64,000 nt of DNA, from assembly GCA_012295275.1 (NCBI GenBank), contig CM022677.1:10354001-10418000 (forward strand), given 5' to 3'. This stretch comes from Chrysomallon squamiferum. Taxonomy: Eukaryota; Animalia; Mollusca. How positions within the stretch are numbered: the first letter of the stretch is position 1; every line of letters begins with the position of its first letter. Made by a program: the position numbers and the translations under genes. The notes under the pieces are model-generated. The model worked only from the letters and a program-made list of their open reading frames with translations, did not search any database and was not told the DNA's origin. This document shows positions 58,040 to 64,000 of this stretch, piece by piece.

Positions 58040-59238
58040 TATTGCTCCCGAATAAGATCGCTGCCATCATTATGACTTAAATTATAATCAAATAAAACCA
58101 AAAAAATCCAAACACATTAACAACAATAATAATAAATAGTAATACCTGTCACCTGAAATGTTTTAAGCAACTTCTTTGTTGGATGATAATGCAATTACAC
58201 CAATTCTGAATAAGATTCTTCGAACGTCAAATACAAAAGTAAATCCGTAAACCGGCAATCATCCCGCATTTTTACGAAACTAATACAGTGAAAAAAAAAA
58301 GTTCAAATCGAATAAAATAAATAAAGGAACATAATAACCTTTACTAAGTATAAATCGATATGGTTCTTTTTTTATTATTGTCAGATTTTTTTCTTTCTTT
58401 CTTTTTTAGACTTAGCCAATAGTAAATCCGTAAACACCGGCATTCATCCCGCATTTTTCTGCAACGACACTAAAAAAAAAATAAAAAATAAAAAATAAAA
58501 AATAAAACAAATAAAATAAATAAAGGAACATAATAACAGTTATTAACATGTACATACTAATTATAAATCGATATGGGTTTTTTCAAATAAACGGTGTTGT
58601 TATTTTTTTTCACCCTATTTTTTCTTTCTTCTTCTTAATTTATGTTAATGCACCAAATAAAATCACAAAGCTTAGAACTCACACTACAATAAGTTGCTAA
58701 TTATGGTCCAGGAATTTACCATGATATAGGTCTGAAAAATATTTTCTGAAAAAAAAACCCCAGTAAATAATAATAAAAAAAGAAAAGACATTTTTTACAA
58801 CTATGACAATTCAGAGAGATTGGATATAAATAATCATTTTTCTTTGTTTCATCTGCATTGCAGTTTAAACTGTGTAGTATGTTAAGATATCGCATATATG
58901 AAAACTGTGTATGCGTTAAAACAAAAAATAATCCCATCAAACAATTCATAATGGCACTATATTTAAAGTTTATTTCTCTTTAAACAAAAATGTGTATGTG
59001 TGCGTGCGTGCGTGAGTGCGTGTGTGTTTGTGTGTGCGATCAGTGTTTGAACCTATTCTATCATCTGTTATCAATAACAAAGCAGAAACTAATCAAATGA
59101 AGGGTTTATTCACCTTTTCGGTGTCTTTTCCTGGCATGCTGAAATGTTAAATAAAAACATATGAAAGTTAATATGTTTTAATATATTTGTGAAATTCCAA
59201 TTGTACTGTGGTAACATTTCTTTTGATTATTAAAATTA

Positions 59239-59284
<46 letters not shown>

Positions 59285-62200
59285 AAAACTGTATTAAGGA
59301 GTGATTAATGTGAATCAAGTGAAAAGTGACACAATGTAATGAAATAATCAGTCAAAACAAATACATTTATGTTGTTAGCTATTAAATGTCAAAGTACATG
59401 AAGATTAACAGTGATAAAATATTTTACTACAGTATATTTCTATTGTGTTAGCGTCTGTAAAGATAAAAACTTCAAAACAAGGGCAAATAAATAAATCAGG
59501 TTTGGATTTAATGTGCTTGCCGCCCATAGGCTAAAGCAATTTTACCGTCCCCTCCTCAAGGCTCAAGTCCCCCTCACCCTTCCCACTTAGTTTATATAAT
59601 ACGAATGGTTATGACTTATGATCTAGTTGAAAGCAAAAACATGGTTTTACATTTACATAATGATTTATTTATAAATCAATTCCAGCTCTGGGCTGACTAG
59701 ATTGATTTCAACTGCTTATATTAATGTTGAGAAAATTGTTAGATTTGATTAGTTTAATTCAGCAAAGCAGTAAAATAAAATAAACACAGAAACCTCTGCG
59801 AAAAAAGGGTTTGATAAAAACTTTTAAAATAAGTTTTCTTCAAAACGATTGAGTTTTTCAGCCATTGATTTCAGTGTAAAAATGACAAAACAACTTTCAA
59901 CCAAAAATGTCCAGTGATGTAGAAGATTGGCGGGAAATATAAATATGTCGACTAGACATATCTCAGATCTATGTTGAGAAAAGATCAAACCCAGCGTTAG
60001 GCCTATAATTCCCATAAATATGTCTAACTACCGTCAATATTTTGAACGCACACACTCAATCACAGTCATACACGGAGTCGGTTTCAAGCCAAGATATGTG
60101 AATATATATCATTATCAGAATCAGTTTAACGTGAAAAAGTAGTACAATAATTCTTCTAGTAGTTCATTAGAAAACGCGTTGGCTCAGGAATTTAATTTTA
60201 TTTTAAACAATAATCATTTTCTAATTTCATTCGAATTTATTTAATCTGTATAACAGAGCTTTAAATCCAATTTGCTAGTTCTCCGCTGTTTTTTACTAAA
60301 CATTTATTCATCTACATAAAACATTTTAAAACCCTATACAGAAGCATTCGGGATTGTACAGAAATACACTTCTAGAACAATACATTTATAAATATATTTA
60401 AAATATTCAAAAACTGTTTACATAGTATTCTTTTTCTTCTGTATCTATAAATAAAAGTGCAAAATAGGTTTCTCACAAAAACACTACCCCACACACACAC
60501 ATATGCAGGTTTCATGCATCTGTCTATCTATGTTTATAATATTACACACACACATCGTTATTTATTAACAATTGTTTTGAGGCTGAGGGGAGAGATACCG
60601 CACTGGCTGCTACACCGTTTCTAGTACAATGTTATTTATCTTTTAGAAGATCTTTTTTTTTCATTATTTATTTATTTAATTATTTATTTATTTATTTACC
60701 GTCTTCATTGACAATTTCTCCACAAATATTAGTTTGTTTAGTTGTGTTCTGTAATATTATTAAAACAGATTATAATAACAATGCTATTGTCACAGATAGC
60801 GAGTGCGTTGTATTATTATTTAAAATTGTCACTTACCTTTTTATTTTAACTGTATTTTGTTTTGCTGCGAAGTCGATTTCTTCTGCTGTCGATACGGTTT
60901 CGTTGAATCCAACTGTTTTTTCCTATTTTCGATCATATTTTGTATACACAAGAATGTATATCGCCAAGTATAACAATATCTTTTTTTTATTAATTATTAT
61001 TTATGAAAGAGTTCGCATCATTGAATGACATTGTAGGTATGGCTCTGTTACAGTTGTCTCCCTCCACAAAATTTATAATTCTTTAGTAATAAAAATTATT
61101 TATAATTTTAATAATGCTTGTGAAACAAATTTTATATACCTAATAAAAATTGTTTAATAAACCTCAAAATTTTGATGTATTTCTGATTAATAAAATTATT
61201 TCTAGAAGTAAATAAAACGTCAATTCAAATTTGATAATTTTTAACTTTTATTAATTAAATTTGACAGACTTCAACTTAGCTAATTTTAGAAGATTTTGGA
61301 TGTGTCATTAAAAAAGAAACAAAAGAGAAAAAAATATAGACATTTTTTTCTGGATCACATGATGTGCCTCAATCAGAATGACAAGACTATTAAAGAATCC
61401 AATGTTATTTTTCAGGATGCCATTAAATATATTCTGTGGATCAAGCTAATAACATCTAACACTATTTAAACAGTGTTGACATGTAAAATTAAATCAGCCT
61501 AAAATTATTTGCTAATATTTCAAGTGTAATCTCAGCTTTTAAATATACACCTGCTTAGAAAAATAAAATCAATATTTAATTATCAATAGCTATGAAATTA
61601 ATCCTGAGTTTGTTAGTAACAGAGAATTGGAATCTGGAAGGCCTCTTTATTTCTATCCTTCTTGAATGACATGATATTCAGTTAGTTATACGACAAATTA
61701 TACTGAAAATTACATTTCACTATAAACATTCAGAAATATAGATGGAGCTTCCATGTTGTAATTTTTTTAAATAACAGCAGCTTTATATGTGAAATATATA
61801 TCGAGAAATAAAGAGGGCGCATCTAGTGTAACATGATTCACTGAAAAACTAGAATTAACTTCACACGGCGTTATGAAAATAACACTTGCAGTTTTAACGC
61901 CGCCATCACTATGTATATCAGATCTCACTAGTGTCTCAACAGAGATGTGGCGTTAATATTAACACATCGTCGTTATGAAAATAAGCAGCTTAATTACCTG
62001 TAAAATGAAAAAGGTGAGAATTATTACCTGTAAGAAGAAAAAGGTGAGATTTAATTGGTGGTATTTACAGTTTGTAGGTAAAAACATTCTCTTTGTTTCA
62101 TTAGAACTGTACTTGCTTTTCAATGTACTGTGTTAATATTACCGCTTCACTTTTACTATCAGTATACTGAGTTCTATATCTAATAACATTAGCGAAGAAA

Positions 62201-62430
62201 TCCTAATTTTCATTGATAATTGTACACAGCATTTTAAAAATAAAATTTTAATGACTTGATTATAATTTTAAAATTAATATTTCGTATAAAGACTGATATT
62301 TAGATGTGGAGCGGATATATAAAGTTTCTATCTTGCGTTAACAGCTCAACATTATTATAAATATGTCGTTAATACCGTTTATAATAAAATATTTCCTTTT
62401 TCTGAGGCTTAGAACTGTTTTTGATCAGAG
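58040..62430 (+). repeat. Segmental duplication, copy B (homologous to ~35680-37700, with a larger insert)
   Basis: Blocks at 58040-58650 (with an internal ~185 bp re-duplication at 58238-58580) and 62192-62430 match copy A in the same order and orientation. The same satellite follows at ~63030. Confidence 0.82.
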
Positions 62431-62775
62431 AACTGGTAAATTCTTAAAGAAACAAACAAAAAACCCAAACAAAACAAAAATTACAGGTATTGCTTAATAT
62501 CAAGACATACTGAGAGGTTTTCTTTTATTTGTTAATGATCATATTAGAGTTTATAAAAAGAAAACATGTTACTCAGGCACCTCTTTTGGACTGTCTTGTC
62601 GGACCTGGAATTTGAAGCACTTGATTTGGCTGCGGAAAATAGGATGGACCCGGACTAACTGAGAGATTTATTTGGATTTTTCCCGGATCTAACTGAGATA
62701 TTTATTTATATTTATTTTTCCTAATATTTTATTACTACTATTATTATTTTGTTTATTTATTTATTTATTTATTTA

Positions 62776-62830
<55 letters not shown>

Positions 62831-64000
62831 TACTATTATTATTTTGTTTATTTATTTATTTATTTATTGTTATAATATTACGTTTCTGATTGAAGACCAA
62901 GCATTAATTTTAAAATTAAGGGTTTGTCTTAATATTATCACCAAGAAAACATAGAAGGAAAATGTCCCAAAATAAACAGATGTGTATTTCAAAGATGTTA
63001 TTTGATTAAGATGGACTTTTTTTAGAGAACCTTACGACGGCAACGACGGCGGCATTAGCAGAGATAATAATAATAAATTTCAGTATAAATAGGACAAGGA
63101 AAGAAAACAAAAATAAAAAACCAAAAGGAATAATGAAGTGTACTGGAATACTGTTAGGAACAATCCGGTACAACGGCAACGATGGCGACATTAAAACACA
63201 CACATACACACCTATTTAAAGTGTATATGTGATGTGATTTCATATCATTAAATTTATTATTTTAATTTTTTTTTTGCTGTTTTATTATGTCATAGCTTTT
63301 TAAATTTATATTTATTTTTCAGTTATTGTTATTATCAGTGTCACTTTTTCTTTATCTATATTATTGTTGTTGTTGGTGTTGTTTGTTGTTGGCGGTGTTG
63401 TTAAGTACTCAAAAGTAATTTTCAGTTTAGGAAATAAAGGTTGACTACAGTTAACTATAACTATGTCAATTAGTCTGAGTTTGACTAACTACTCGGTGCG
63501 AGTTGTTACGCTGTTAACAATTACTGTTTATTCGATACCGAATGGGAAGACGAGATCTTTCTCATTTCACTAACAACAGTAAGTTATTTTTTTTTAGAAC
63601 AAATAATTATTCAGCTATTTCTAATACTGCAGAAATTAAACCTGAAAGCTCCAATTCAGAAATTATAGCTCGACCAACTCATTTATCATTACTATGACCG
63701 TTGAGGATATAACCGTCTCATTAGTTTAAAGTTTACAACAACAACAATAAAATTCTTTGCAAGTTATTATTTTATTGTTTTGGGGAGACTGTCACGGATC
63801 GTAAGAAAACAACAGTGACTAAATATTTTAGGCTGCTGTTTTATCCTCTGGCGTCGTGTTATGATGGCGAAGTAATACTGTTTTTTTTTTTTTTTTTATA
63901 TCTTTATTATTTGATTAATTAATTAATTAATTTAGTTGTTCTAGCAATAAGAACAACAACAACCACAATAATAAATATATAATATTAACAATAGAACAAA

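Noticed and set aside
60595-60625. Possible Helitron 3' end (GC-rich stretch followed by CTAGT)
   Set aside because: The hairpin is weak and no matching 5' end could be identified.

Overview
AT-rich, intron-rich animal genomic DNA, most likely molluscan (inferred from the gene and repeat families). Most ORF-track entries are spurious; the real genes are spliced. 1-13.2 kb (+): the 3' part (12 exons, frame checked across all junctions) of a gene with at least four FAS1 (fasciclin) domains and a GPI-like C-terminus. 17.2-22.3 kb (+): a 5-exon CTIF-like MIF4G-domain gene with an apparent 1-nt frameshift in exon 4. From about 23.6 kb onward I see no intact gene. Instead there are minus-strand, intron-retaining, deletion-riddled pseudogenes: ANKRD42 abutting a TSP1/chitin-binding PIF-like fragment, an unidentified SH3-like/DBF4-M-like relic, and a putative ankyrin relic. 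These are mixed with two decayed Gypsy elements, two hAT elements (one containing a Gypsy), a small Helitron-like insertion, satellites, and a ~22-25 kb-spaced segmental duplication. A recurring oddity is tandem repeats built from exon/intron junctions. All identifications come from manual translation and recall of protein families; no database search was run.
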